NCBI GenBank assembly: GCA_951406725.2
Contig: OX597834.1
Coordinates: forward strand, 37,510,001 to 37,574,000
DNA from: Octopus vulgaris
Taxonomy: Eukaryota
Reading direction: 5' to 3'
DNA: 64,000 bases
The notes under the pieces were generated by a model. It saw nothing but the letters and a program-made list of their open reading frames with translations. It was not told the origin of the DNA and searched no databases. Every line of letters begins with the position of its first letter. The stretch's first letter is position 1. The translations under genes and the position numbers were made by a program. Below, one piece after another: positions 1-13,751 of this stretch.

Positions 1-31
1 TATTAGTTCGAAACTGAGGAAAATGAAAAAG

Positions 32-69
32 CCTTTTACATTTTGAGCCTTTGCTCTTCAACAGAAAGG
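32..69 (-). ncRNA. Hammerhead-like motif, variant family H1 (degenerate)
   Basis: Minus strand reads ccttt-CTGTTGA-A-GAGC-aaag-GCTC-AAAA-T-GTA-aaagg. Stems I and II pair, but GAAA is mutated to AAAA. Homologous to 28543, 49995 and 59563. Confidence 0.55.
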
Positions 70-134
70 AATAAGAGAAAATAAACAAAGAGAGAATGAA
101 AAAACTTGTTGACTTCAGCAGTTCAGCTCGATGA

Positions 135-283
135 GTTTCTTTCATTTTCCATCTACCAACTCTACTCTCAAGGCTCTGGTTGGCCTGGGGCTATAGTAGA
201 AGACACCTGCCTGAAGTGCTACACAGGGACTGAACCAAGAATCATGTGCTTGGGAAGCAAGCTTCTTACCACACAACCACGCC
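135..283 (-). mobile_element. tRNA-headed SINE family B, 5' fragment
   Basis: Reverse complement matches the gctgtgtggtaagaagcttgcttcc...ggttcagtccc head of the 31764 copy. Confidence 0.7.
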
Positions 284-576
284 AACACCTAAGATGGTAG
301 CGTGTGCTTTGAAGTCTAGTTTTGTGGCTTAGTGGTTAGGGTATTTGCAACCACGATTGCAAGGTCATGGTTTCAATTCCTGGACCGGATGGTGCATCGT
401 ATTCTTGAGCAAGACTCTTCATTTCATATTTACTCCAGTCTATCCAGCTGTAGAACTGAATAACTCTGTGACAGACTGACATCTGGTTCAGAGTCAGTTT
501 TGTGATCTAGGACAATTATACCCCATAGAAACTGGGTAACCAGCCTGATGTGTATGGCGAGGCTGATGAGCACGTT

Positions 577-840
577 AAAAGCACCATTTGTGCAGGATCA
601 TTGCCAGTGCTGTCTGACTGGCTCCTGTTCCAGGGGCACATAAAGAGCACCATTTGAGCGTGATCGCTGCAAGTGCTGGCTGACTGGCTCCCATGCCGGT
701 GGCACATAAAGAGCACCATTTGAGCATGATCATTGCCAGTGCTGGCTGACTGGCTCCCATGCCGGTGGCACATAAAGAGCACCATTTGAGTATGATCATT
801 GCCAGTGCTGCCTGACTAGCTCCTGTGCCAGGGACACATA
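577..840 (+). repeat. About 66-bp tandem repeat, 4 copies (SINE-associated module)
   Basis: The unit aaagagcaccatttgag...tgccagtgctg..tgactggctcc..tgccggtggcacat recurs at about 577, 641, 707 and 773. Confidence 0.9.
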
Positions 841-1569
841 CCTAGGCAACATCCACCAGTTGGTGACAATGTGGGATTTCAAGGAGATTTGGCTGCTATT
901 TCTAGCAGGTCATGATAGGAAAGCTCACCTGCTCTTCATTCTGTGAAGAATTTCAAGATACTTTTCAACAAACTTTGACACATATTAGAGATGTCACAAT
1001 AAGCGACAGTTCGGTTTTGTCATGAAATATTAATTCACCAGACATGGAAATATTTCTGCCAAACTTTATGCAAAGTTTCAAAGACAGAAGATTAGAAAGA
1101 AATGAAAATAAAGACTTAGAAAAGCTCTAATTTATTAATTCTTTTAACTTCAGAAATCATTTAATAATTAATTTTTATAACGATGATGTAGATGAAGGTG
1201 GTGGTGGTGGTGGGTGGCAGTGGTGATGATGATGATGATTGTGGTGGTGGTGGTGGTGATGATGGTGGAGTTGTTACTTGTGTTGGTGATGATGGTGTTT
1301 ATGGTGATGATGATGATGATGATAATGATGATGGCAGTGGTGATGATGTATGTTTTTAACTTGTGATGTAAAAAAAAAAAAAAATACATGACTAATATAA
1401 ATATTTGAAGAAAATAATTCTGCAATGGCTTTCTTGCATGGCTGTGTTGTAAATAAGCTTGTTTCCCAACCATATGGTTCTGGGTTCAGTCCCACTGCTC
1501 ATGCCAGTACCAGTACAGATTCCATATTGGCCAAGCTGTGGATATTGAAATATATTCTTTTCTGCTCTA

Positions 1570-1800
1570 GCACTATTTGAGCGTGGTTGATACCAGTACC
1601 ACCTGACCGGCCCTCATGTGAGTGGTATGTAAAAAGCACCCACTACACTCTCAGAGTGGTTGGCGTTAGGAAGGGCATACAGTTGTAGAAACTTTACCAG
1701 ATCAGATTGGAGCCTGGTGCAGTCTTCTGGCTTGCCAGCCCTCAGTCAAACACTCCAACCCATGCCAGCATGGAAAGTGGACGTTAAACGACGATGATGA
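1570..1800 (+). mobile_element. SINE family C 3' part with (GAT)n tail
   Basis: gtaaaaagcaccc...ggttggcgttaggaagggcat...ccaacccatgccagcatggaaa..ggacgttaaacgacgatgatga; many copies in the window. Confidence 0.8.
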
Positions 1801-2080
1801 CCCCAAACGGATGAAAGGCAAAGTCGACCTTGGTGGAATTTGAACTCAGACCATAAAGACAGACGAAATACTTATTTCTTTACTACTCACAAGGGGCTAA
1901 ACACAGAGAGCACAAACAAGGACCGACGGATTAAGTCGATTATATCGACCCCAGTGCATAACTGGTACTTAATTTATCGACCCTGAAAGGATGAAAGGCA
2001 AAGTCAACCACGGGGGAATTTGAACTCAGAACATAATGGCAGGCGACATACCGCTAAGCATTTCGCCTGGCATGCTAATA
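1801..2080 (-). mobile_element. SINE family A copies (nested)
   Basis: Reverse complement of the gagttcaaattcc...gactttgcctttcatcc...agtaccagtt...agccccttgtg..tagtaaagaaata module. Confidence 0.8.
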
Positions 2081-2628
2081 TGATGAAATATATTATCCAA
2101 GTCCTGACACAGTTGGGTGGTGGGAGAAGGGGACTAAGGGTGGGGCTAACCTAGCTTCTCTGTTGGGTGGTTATCTTTCCTGTCAATACATGAAAATGTG
2201 CTTTCTTGTGGCTCTAAGGGTTTTGTGTTGTAAGATTACTGATGTAATTAAGCAGAGCAGGAGCACTTGCATGTGTGTGTATTTTGGCAGGGATTTTACA
2301 GACGGATGCCCTTACAAATGCCAACCGTCCTGCAGAGTGGGCTGAGTGCTTTCCACATGGCACCAGCACAGCGAGGTAAAAACCATACCAAAGCTGACCT
2401 CACCTGTGCTGGTGCCATGTAAAAAGCACTCAATCCAATCTACGGGATGGCTGGTGTTAGGAAGGGCATCCAGCTGTAGAAACCATGCCAAAACACATAG
2501 AAGTCTGGTGCAAGCTTCCGCCTGGCCAGCTCCTGTCAAGCCATCCAACCCATGCCAGCATAGAAGGAGGACATTATGATGATGATGATGATGATGCTAT
2601 GTATGTGTGTGTACATATGTGTCTTTGT

Positions 2629-2836
2629 TTAGCACGCCGGGCGAAATGCGTAGCCGTATTTCGTCTGCCGTTACGCTCTGAGTTCAAATTCCGCCGAGGT
2701 CGACTTTGCCTTTCATCCTCTCGGGGTCGATAAATAAAGTACCAGTTTCACACTGGGTCGATGTAATCGACTTAATCCCTTTGTCTGCCCTTGTTTGTCC
2801 CCTCTATGTTTAGCCCCTTGTGGGTAGTAAAGAAAT
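2629..2836 (+). mobile_element. Young SINE family A copy with 16-bp target-site duplication
   Basis: The direct repeat acatatgtgtctttgt at 2613-2628 and 2837-2852 flanks ttagcacgccgggcgaaatgc...gtagtaaagaaat. Confidence 0.9.
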
Positions 2837-3633
2837 ACATATGTGTCTTTGTGTCTGTGTTTGTCCCCCTGCCACCACTTGGTAACTGGTGTCGGTGTGA
2901 TTACATCCCCATAACTGAGCAGTTCAGCAAAAGTGACTGATAGAATAAGTACCAGGCTTCAAAAAAAAAAAAAAAATTGGTGCTGGGAACAATTTGTTCA
3001 ACAATAAATTCTTCATAGCAGTGCTCCAGCATGGCTACATACTACTAAGTGAAAACAAATAAGAGAGAAATGATACATAATCATTTCAAAAGAGAAAAAA
3101 AAAGAAAAAGAAAAGGAAAAAAATTTAAAAAAAAACGCAAAGCATTACAGTTGAAGAGAAAATGATTGTTAATGTTAATTATAATAAATATTTCGCTATC
3201 CTTGAAAAATTAAAAAAATTTGTCTTGTAATTTAATTTTGGTATTTTTTCTATTTCAATTTCCAGGGAAACATAATTGAAAACATATGCAAAAAGTCTGA
3301 ATTTAATTGCAAAAATATATTTATCACCTAAAAACAGAACACTTTCCAGTCATCCATTATCCACTTAAACTTGAATCTGGTCCTTATTAGAATCTGAAAA
3401 GTAACCTTTATACTGTAGCTCAATTTTCTAGAAATAGCAGACTAATCTCTTTATAATCTCAACTTCCTGTCTTAATGAGGCAGAATGGCACATTGGATGA
3501 CGTAGTCCAAGATGGTGTTGACAGGTACTTATCTTATTGATTTTGAAAGAGATGGAAAGTAATATTGTCCAAGCATGAAGAGAAGTAATTGATTATGGAA
3601 TATCGCACCGTATTATTCTTGAGCGGACAGAAA

Positions 3634-4250
3634 GGCAGTGAGCTGGCAGAATAATTAATACACCTGGTGAAAGGCTAAACAGTATTTCATCTGTCTTTAC
3701 GTACTGAGTTCAAATTCTGCTGAGGTCAACATTGCTTTTCATCCTTTCGGGGTCGATTAAATAAGTACCAGTTATGCACTGGGGTCGATATAATCGACTT
3801 AATCTGTTTGTCTGTCCTTGTTTGTCCTCTCTGTGTTTAGCCCCTTGTAAGTAGTAAAGAAATAGGTATTGCGTCTGTCTTTATGTTCTGAGTTCAAATT
3901 CCGCCAAGGTCGATTTGCCTTTCATCCTTTTTGGGTTGATAAATTAAACAGCAGTTGTGTACTGGGGTTGATCTAATCAACTGGCCCCCTCCCCCACCCA
4001 AAATTTCAGGCCTTGTGCCTAGAGCAGAAAAGATTATTCTTGAGCTGGCAAAGTCGTTAGCATGCTGGACAAAATGCTTAGCAGCATTTCATCCATCCTT
4101 ACGTTCTGAGTTCAAATCCCACTGTGGTTGACTTTGCCTTTCATCCTTTTGGGGGTTGATGAAATAAGTACCAGTTATACACTGGAATCAATGTAATCAT
4201 CTAGCCCCCTCCCACAAAGTTTCAGGCCTTGTGCCTCTAACAGAAAGGGT
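3634..4250 (+). mobile_element. Cluster of three tandem or nested SINE family A copies
   Basis: Repeated gagctggca...ctgagttcaaat...gcctttcatccttt.gggg.tgat modules starting near 3640, 3865 and 4041. Confidence 0.85.
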
Positions 4251-4571
4251 CATTCTTCAATGTAAAAAAAGAAAATGTCCTGGTCTTGTCATTCTGTCCT
4301 TTGTCCAAACACCTACCTCCATTCTGCTTCCTACACAAAATATATATATATGTATGTGTGTGTGTATATACAGGGTGACCCAAAAGTAGTTTTACAGTTA
4401 TCACGTAGACACTTTAAATTTCTTTTAAAACATTTTATTACATTAAAATTTCTATCTTACAAAATGAAAAGGGAGCTTGACAAAATTAACTAAATTAGCA
4501 TAGAATAATGGTTTCATATATTTTATAATCAATATCTAAAATTTGGACCTCGTGCCTGTAGCAGAAGTAGT

Positions 4572-5138
4572 TATGATGGGGTATCAAAAGTTTCCCAGAC
4601 TAATCATGTTTAATAAAAAATAACTTATTTAGGCTCACCAATGGAGAAGTTCTTAAGCAGATAAGGCCGAAAATGTCATTAGAAGCTAGGATCACCGAGC
4701 ATAGATTGGCATATTTCGGTCATATTATGCGGAGAGAATCCCTGGAGAAGGACATCATGCTCGGAATGGTCAGTGGCAAGAGAAGAAGAGGCCGACCAAG
4801 AACCCGCTGGCTTGACACCATCAAGAGTGAAACCGGAATGGACATAGCCAATCTGAAAGAAGCGGCCCAGGATAGAACTGACTGGAGGACACTGATCCAA
4901 CAAGTGACTGAGAGTCGACTTCGACTGAGCGGTTAGAGAGAGACCTAAGTTTTAACATCCACTCCTTCGAATAGTCACTTTGTGCAGTAATACACAGGTC
5001 CCAGTATTCTTGTTACTTTTGGAATCCAGCCTGGAAGTCATTTTCCGTGAGTCAAAGGCCCTTCTGCGCTTCGCTCTGGATTTTGACTGCGGTATTAAAA
5101 CGGTGACCTTTTAGCTACTTTTTCAATTTGAGGAAGAG
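4572..5138 (-). mobile_element. Mariner transposon 3' end, interrupted by an RTE insertion
   Basis: TIR-like TA-tgatggggtatcaaaagtttcccagac at 4572. Minus-strand translation of about 4965-5030 gives FQK*QEYWDLCITAQSDYS, resembling a mariner transposase C-terminus. Confidence 0.65.
4631..4942 (+). mobile_element. 5'-truncated RTE-clade LINE (reverse transcriptase C-terminal region)
   Basis: ORF 4673-4936 has RLAYFGHIMRRESLEKDIMLGMVSGKRRRGRPRTRWLD...AAQDRTDWR, typical of the RTE/BovB ORF C-terminus. It ends in a short (AG)n tail. Confidence 0.92.
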
Positions 5139-5679
5139 ATGTTAAATTGTTTTACTGTTTTATTTTGTTTTTGTTCTTTACTCACAACACTAGAAAACAG
5201 CGAGCGAATTTATTTTCTGACCACGTTGCCAGAAAACAAATTGCACATGATACTTGAAATAATCAATCAATCATCATTATCTTTAAAATATTGATGACTT
5301 AAAGAACACATAGACTATTTGGAGTAAATTAAGTAGTGTAGATTCTTATCACCATTTTCTTTTTCCAATTCTGTCATATTATAAAGTAGAGGAGAAATGG
5401 GGAGAAATAGGGATATTTTGGTTGTAGAATGTGATGGGGACATCTGCAAATAGTGTAGCTGTGTGGTTAGGAAGTTTTTGTCATAACCATGGGGTTTTGA
5501 GTTCAATCCCATTGCATGGCATTTGGGGTTTGGGCCTGGCCTGACTTTGTCGGTTATCCAATCAATGGAACGGCCAGTTTGTGAAATTCATGTGCAAGTG
5601 GCTGAGTACTCCACAGACACTTGGATCCTTATATATATATATATATATATAAAGTTTTTAATCAATTTATAATTATAAG

Positions 5680-6012
5680 TTACAGGATCTGAACTTAGAA
5701 GTATTCTGTCAGCCACCATATTCACCAGACCTTGCACCAACTGACTATCACGTTTTCCAGGTATTAGACAACTTTTTTGCAAAGGAAAAAACCTTCAAAT
5801 CTGAAGATGATGCAAAAACAGTCTTTTGGGATTTCATCATCTCTTGCTCTCCAGAATTCTTCCCTGCCGGCATAGATAAGCAACCGATAAAATGGCAAAA
5901 TTGAATTGATAATATAGGTGCATACTTTGATTAAGTGCATTGCTTTTTGTTGAAATAAAGTAAAATAAACTTTCTGTTCAAAATTGGATATTTCATTCTT
6001 AATGATCCGATA
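5680..6012 (+). mobile_element. Mariner transposase 3' fragment
   Basis: Translates to QPPYSPDLAPTDYHVFQ...KWQN*IDNIGAYFD*, containing the YSPDLAP motif. Confidence 0.88.
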
Positions 6013-6923
6013 TAAAATTTAGGATTTGCCATTTATCGGCTTTTGCTTGTTGGCTATCTATATTATTGTTGTTATTATTCATTTTACTAGTGATAATAAT
6101 TAATAATGATATCTATATAAATATATACATATAATACACACACACACATATATGAATAAATACATATGCAAAAAAAAGAAAAAAGATGTTGGGGGAGGAA
6201 AAGAGAAAGAAGATGAGAAAAAATACTATTCTCCCATGAAAAAATTCCACCAAGATTATTAAAGAGTCGGAAATTCTATAAAAGGTGACAGGTGTTCTGC
6301 CTCGCCGTTATAAAGTGACATCCAAACTCTATTTAATTCGTTTTCTGTTCTTGTGGAAATATTTGTCATGAAGCCATGGTTCTTATAGTTGCAAGTTTAC
6401 AGTTCAATATTGAAGATTTAACCAAATTTTGATATATTTGTTTTCATACAAATAGTATTCTTTGAATCTTTTATATAGAAAATGCAACCACTAGCTCTCT
6501 TCTCTCACTCTCTCTCTCTCTCTCTATTTCTCTCTCTCTCTCTCTCTCTCGTTAGCAAATCTATTTACCGCAATTTTCTTTGGTTATCTTTTTTGCTTTG
6601 TTTTTATTTTTTTTTTGAAGAATTTTGAAATTGTATTTAAAACTGAGGAAAGATGAAAGGGAAAGAAAAAAAATTATCAAATATTCATACTGACTTTGTG
6701 AAACACATGAACACTCACTCATACATACACACACACACTATATATATATCATCATTATCATCATCATCAGTCTATATGTATATATACATGTGTATATATT
6801 GACTTTGTGAAACACACATGCACACTCACTCATACACACACGCACATATATATATGTACATGCATACTGTATATGTATATATACAAATCTATATACATAC
6901 ACACACATATTTTCATATATACA

Positions 6924-6962
<39 letters not shown>

Positions 6963-7043
6963 TATATACACACAGTCTATATGTATATATACATATATGT
7001 ATATAAACGCATACCAGCATGGAAAACGGATGTTAAATGATGA

Positions 7044-7079
<36 letters not shown>

Positions 7080-7190
7080 ATACATATTCATATATCTATA
7101 TGTACTATATATATATACATGCATACACACATGCACATATATATATATGTGTGTGTGTATGTGTGTGTGTATATATATATATATAGAGAT

Positions 7191-7224
<34 letters not shown>

Positions 7225-7729
7225 CGAGAGACATATAGTATGTATTAATGTATATATACTCATGTTCATGCATAATGCATACATGCAGTTGTATGTACAT
7301 GCATACCGTACATACAAATATACATACATCCATAATCACTTTGTCAGAGCCAAACGTTATGAAGAATGTTAAAAAACAAGACAGAGGTGTATAATTGGGG
7401 AAGTACTCTGCTGTTTTAAGGAGTTTGTCAAGGACCTTAAAAGACAGAAGAAATAAATTGAAAATGTCATACTTTAAGTGTGAAGTCTTTTCGAAAATCA
7501 CAACAATAGCTGCAAAAAAGAGAGGGTGAGAGAAAGAGAATGAGAGAGAGAGAGGGGGTGAGCAAGAAAGAGAGAGAAAAGAAGCAGATAAGGAAAGCAC
7601 AGAAAGGAAATTGGAATCAAAAATTTTTGCATTGACAAATTTGGACTCCAAGACTTTGTAATCTGAAGAGTTTTGATTTTGAATAATAATTATGATGTTG
7701 ATGTTCTTGAGTTATGCCAATTCATAAGG

Positions 7730-7945
7730 GCCGATTTCCTGGTTTCCATGACATATATATTCCCCTCCTGGATGGGTCACCTGTCCATTGTGGGATTATT
7801 CATTTCTGTCTGCTGAGTGCACTGGAGCAACATGAAATGAAGTGTCTTGCTCAAGAATACAACACGTTGCACAGTCCGGGAATTGAAACCACAATCTTAC
7901 AATCATGAGTCCAGCACTCAAACCACTAAGCCATATGCCTCCACT
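7730..7945 (-). mobile_element. tRNA-headed SINE (family D-like head)
   Basis: Reverse complement is gtggaggcatatggcttagtggtttgagtgctggactcatgattgtaagattgtggtttcaattccc, with A-box and B-box-like elements. Confidence 0.7.
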
Positions 7946-8212
7946 TGATGATAATAACAGTAGTAATAGTTTCAAATTTTGTCACAGGGCCAGCAATTTC
8001 AGAGAAGGGCCTTAATCAATTATATCGCTCCCACCACCACCACCATGCTCAATCAGTACTATATATATATATATATATATGGGAAGAAAGCTACTTACCA
8101 CACAGCCACTCCATTTATATTGATTTCAGATTTTGGAACAAGGCCAGCGAATTTGGAGGTGGGGTAATTCGACTCTACGGGCCCCAGTACTCAACTGGTA
8201 CTTATTTTATTG

Positions 8213-8590
8213 CAAGCTGGCAGAAACGTTAGCATGCCGGGTGAAATACTTAGCCGTATTTCGTCTGCCACTACGTTCTGAGTTCAAATTCCGCCGAGGT
8301 CAACTTTGCCTTTCATCCTTTCGGAGTTGATTAAATAAGTACCAGTTATGCACTGGGGTCGATATAATCGACTTAATCCCTTTGTCTGTCCTTGTTTGTC
8401 CCCTCTGTGTTTAGCCCCTTGTGGGTAGTAAAGAAATAGGTATTTCGTCTGTTGTTACGTTCTGAGTTCAAATTCCGCCAAGGTCGACTTTGCCTTTCAT
8501 CCTTTCGGGGTTGATATAATCGACTTAATCCCTTTGTCTGTCCTTGTTTGTCCCCTCTGTGTTTAGCCCCTTGTGGGTAGTAAAGAAATA
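8213..8590 (+). mobile_element. Dimeric young SINE family A insertion with 16-bp TSD inside an older opposite-strand SINE
   Basis: The TSD ggtacttattttattg lies at 8197-8212 and 8591-8606. Two modules each end in gtagtaaagaaata. Confidence 0.88.
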
Positions 8591-9416
8591 GGTACTTATT
8601 TTATTGACCTCCAAAAGGATAAAAGGCAATGTTGACCTCGGCAGAATCTGAACTTAGGACATAGAGACGAACAAAATGCCACAGCATTTTAATTCAGAAT
8701 ACCAACAATCCTGCTGACCATGTCATCTTGTAATGCTCATCTCTGGAACCTACAAGAATGGCCAAAGTGCTGTGTAAGCTTTTGTCACATAAATCCAGTG
8801 ATGTTACAGAATCTCACCATCATTTCATTCCTTGATCTGTTTTGTCTTTTATAAAAGCTCAATATTGATGGATGCATGGCAACACGTAAAGTCATATCTG
8901 TGTACATGGAAGAATAAGCTTAAATCAGAACAACCAGGCTAAATGTGAGACGGCTATCATCTGATGAGATGAGGCATTTATCATGTCTCTATATGTGTGT
9001 GTATGTATGTTGTGTGTTTGTGTGTATATGTTTGTGTGTCTCATCATATAAACAGCCTATCTGCATCTTATATAATCATGCATACGGACACATATTTAAC
9101 ACAAACACACGTACACACATGCACACACCCAAGTGTACAATAAATCTATTTAACTATAGAAATCTACAAGTTATTCATCAAGTAAGACACATGGAGTCAA
9201 TTTATCATACACACACACACACACACACATACTCTGGAACTGTATACATGTGTGTGAATGTGTGTATGTAAATAAGTGTATGCATGTATGTTTGTGTGTG
9301 TGTATAAGTGCATGTGCATGAGTGTGTGTAGGTAGATATGTGTGTAATCATTTGTGACTGTATGTATGTATGTATATATGTGTATGTATATATGTGTGAA
9401 CATTGTATGTTATGTA

Positions 9417-9458
<42 letters not shown>

Positions 9459-9779
9459 AATGTGTATATATGGTTTATATATACATGTATATATATAAAC
9501 GTATGAATGTGTTTATGCTTTGTGTATACATGTATGCATGTAAATGTATGTATGTAAATGTATGGTTTGTGTGTGTGTATATATATATATGTATGTATGT
9601 ATGTATGTAAGCATATGTATTGGTGTATATATGCATATGTTTTGGTGTATATATGTGTGTGCGTGTGTGTGTGTGCATTGTGTTTGTTGGAAATGCAAAC
9701 AAAAGTGAATTGAGAATTAAATTAAAGAGGAGAAAAATGAACGACAAAAATTGGAAAAATTTGAAACAAAGTGACTGAC

Positions 9780-10510
9780 CGGCTGCTACTACCATCACTG
9801 CAACATCCACAACCACCACCACCACTGATACTACCATGGTGATGATCACATCATCCATTACCACCACTACCATAAAGTTCCTCACCATCATCATCACAAC
9901 AGACACAAACACTACTACCACCATCACTGCAACAACTGCATCTAGACCACTACCACCATCACTACTGCTATCACCAACACCACTACCGTTACAACATCCA
10001 CAATCACCACAGCCATGACTGTACCACTACTTCAACATCTGTCTTTACCACAACCACCACCACAACCACTACATCCAACACCACCACCATCACCACTTTC
10101 ATAACATACACAACTATCATCACTGCCACCACCATCACCACCAATACTACCACAACTACCACCAACACAACAAAGTCCATTACTACATCCATCACTACCA
10201 TGACCGTTACCATAGCCTTAACCAGCATCACTATCACCACCAGCACCACCACCCTCACCCTCACAACCACCACCGCTATCACAACCACTGCTACCACAAC
10301 CACCGCTACCACAACCACCTCCACTACAACAACTACTAGAACCATGACCACTACTACAGTCAACAACCCGACCACAACCACTACTATTCCTATCAGCGCT
10401 ACAACCACAACGACAACATCCACCATTAACACCACCACCACCACAACAACCACCACCACCACCAACTCCACCACAGCCACTACCGCTACTAACACCACTA
10501 CAACACTTTG
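9780..10510. repeat. Degenerate (ACC/ACT/ACA)n trinucleotide tract
   Basis: Visible trinucleotide periodicity; produces the poly-Thr and poly-Val pseudo-ORFs. Confidence 0.9.
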
Positions 10511-10676
10511 TTGCTATATCCTAAACACAACAAAAATATATTAATTATATTCCGGAGGTGTATACAAGAGAAAAAGAAAGAAAGAAATTTATAATTTGTA
10601 AATTAGTTTTAAGAAGTTAATTTTCTCATAATTAATAGTCAAGCTGTACTAGAACAGCAGCAAATTACATTAGCTG

Positions 10677-10719
<43 letters not shown>

Positions 10720-10781
10720 ATATTACATGTATGTGTATGCATGTCTCTGTGTTTATGTATACATTATATATAACTCACACA

Positions 10782-10826
<45 letters not shown>

Positions 10827-10854
10827 CTCACACATGTATGTGTGTGTGTATATA

Positions 10855-10892
<38 letters not shown>

Positions 10893-11406
10893 TAAATATA
10901 TATCTCACAAACATAGATACATAGATATTCATACAGGTACATAAACACAACAGACAGGTATAGATACATACACATATATATAAAACACACACATACATAT
11001 ACATATGTGCATATATACAGACAGACATAGATACGTATATGCACAAACACATATATACACATACATACATACACACACATATCTGTGCATGTGTGTGTGT
11101 TGCGTGTTTGTGTGTGTGCATACAGGCAAGCATATATGTGCAAAACCAGGTGGCAAATACAACACTTTTCTGTCTGAAGAGCAGTTTTCAGAAACACAAA
11201 CGTAATGTTTGTAAAGTTTTTCAGCTGCAATACAACTGTGTGGGTGTCTAGGTGAAGTAATAAGCTTATTTGCCAACTATATGGATCCAAGTTCAGTCCC
11301 ACTACATGACAACTTGGGCAAGTGACTTCTTCAGCAATGGGTTGATCTAAGCCTTCCGAATGGAACTGGTAGAGAGGAACTTAAAAAAGACCATTTTATA
11401 TGTATG

Positions 11407-11459
<53 letters not shown>

Positions 11460-11589
11460 TATGGCCTCAGTCCACTTATGCATACCTTTCCTTCTTGCGA
11501 CACAAAACCCTACTTTTGAAGACCTGTTGAGGCAAGTAAAAATCAAAAAAAAAAAAGAAAAATTTTTTTAAAAATTAAAAAATTAAAAG

Positions 11590-12082
11590 ATCAGAAGTCA
11601 AAATCGATCAACATGAATGGAAATTGTCGCTGTGATATCAGTGCTGGTGGCACATAAGAGAACCATCCGAACGTGGCTGTTGCCAGTGCCGCCCTGACTG
11701 GCTTCCGTGCCAGTGGCACGTAAAAAGCACCATCCGATCGTGGCCATTACCAGCCTCACCTGGCCTCCGTGCCGGTGACATGTAAAGAGCACCATCCGAT
11801 CGTGACCGTTTGCCAGCCTGGCCTGGCCTCCGTGCCGGTGGCACGTAAAAAGCACCATCCGACCGTGGCCGTTTGCCAGACTTGTCTGGCACCTGAGCAG
11901 GTGGCACGTAAAATGCACCCACTACACTCATGGAGTTGTTGGCATTAGGAAGGGCAATCCAGCCGTAGAAACATTGCCAGATCAGACTGGGCCTGGTGCA
12001 GCCTTCTGGCTTCCCAGACCCAGTAAAACCATCCAACCCATGCCAGCATGGAAAGCGGATGCTAAACGATGATGATGATGAT
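11590..12082 (+). mobile_element. SINE family C with an internal tandem array of about 63 bp (about 5 units)
   Basis: tggcacgtaaaaagcacc-like units at about 11654, 11720, 11783, 11847 and 11908, followed by the family C 3' end and a (GAT)n tail. Confidence 0.85.
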
Positions 12083-12590
12083 ATACATATGTGTGTGTGT
12101 GTAAGTGTGTGTGTGTGTGTGTGCACGCGCATGAATGGAAGTATACTTGTTTACGTGTGTGTGTATTTATGTATATGCATGCATGTGCTTATATATGTGT
12201 GTGCAGGTGTGTGTGTGTGTATTTTGTGTGTGGGAGTGTGAGGTGTACTTGTGTGTGTGTGTCTGTGTGTATGTGAGCATGTGTGTATGTACATATATCT
12301 ATGCGTATGTGTGTGAGAGAAAGAACACACACATGCACACATTGTCTGCACAGCTATTAATGTTCCCTCCTGACAAAAAAAACCAGTCAACAGTGTCCTG
12401 GCTGCTATTTCTAGTCGATCAAATGTCTGCATTAAGGTTCCCTTATTGTCAGTTAATTAGCCTTCATTAGTCTTTATTAGTCTTCATTGACCTTCATTGG
12501 TCTTCTGCTGTCTCCCAGCATCAATTTACTAGCAATTAGAGTCAACTGTTGACACTCAGTCTACATTTCAAGATATGGGAGAGAGGACAC

Positions 12591-12632
<42 letters not shown>

Positions 12633-12913
12633 ACACAGAGGCATACACATATACAAACATATAAACATACATTCATATAGAGGTGTATGCATTGACACAC
12701 ACACATATATATATAAATATACACAGATGCACACATACAAATACATACACACAGACGTGCATACACACACACATATAAATACATATAAATATACATGTAT
12801 GTGTGTATATATAGATATGTGTGTATACATAAAAATTTATTCATATATATGAGCGTCTATGTGTGCGTATATACATGCACATTATCTATCTATTTATCAA
12901 TCTATATACATAC

Positions 12914-12946
<33 letters not shown>

Positions 12947-12957
12947 TACACAAACAC

Positions 12958-13000
<43 letters not shown>

Positions 13001-13508
13001 ATATATGCGTGCTTATGCATGTGCATATACATACACATTATCTATCTATCTAGTTACCTATCTACCTATCCATCTATCCAACCATCTATACATATATATA
13101 TATATAAACACACACACACACACATACAGAATGAGAGAGAGGGAGGGAGAGGTGGGGGTAACTCGGGTATAGATACCAATTCTAATATTTCACACAGAGC
13201 AAACTCACACACACACACACACTTATAGATATACTTACTGTGACATCTACAAACACACAAATACACAGAAGACATAGAGTGGAACCATTCCTGTCTGCTT
13301 CGTATAAGATGCCATCTGCCGGTCAGTTGTGTTAGAGAGAGGATATTTAATAAATCTTTCATGATGAGAAAGGCAAGAAACACATTCGTAATATATTATA
13401 TTATATTATATATGTATGTATGTTTGACTGTGTGTATGTATGGATGGATGCATTATTTATGTGTGTATGTCTATCTATTTCTCTCTCTGTCTCTTTTCCC
13501 TTTCTCTT

Positions 13509-13519
<11 letters not shown>

Positions 13520-13543
<24 letters not shown>

Positions 13544-13582
13544 AGATACACATAACTTTATATCTGTATCTATATCTATCTA

Positions 13583-13652
<70 letters not shown>

Positions 13653-13705
13653 CACATACATACATATATATATATATATACACATACATACATATATATA
13701 TATAT

Positions 13706-13751
<46 letters not shown>

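Noticed and set aside
577-840. Regularly spaced repeats resembling a CRISPR array (also 11645-11920 and 15054-15435)
   Set aside because: Whole units are repeated with no unique spacers, there are no cas genes, and the context is eukaryotic.
6691-6845. Short direct duplication tgactttgtgaaacaca...cactcactcataca
   Set aside because: Ordinary local slippage duplication within microsatellite sequence.
10004-10544. Mucin-like poly-Thr and poly-Val ORFs (also 29961-30543 and 55341-55692)
   Set aside because: Degenerate (ACC)n repeats with no splice or domain evidence.
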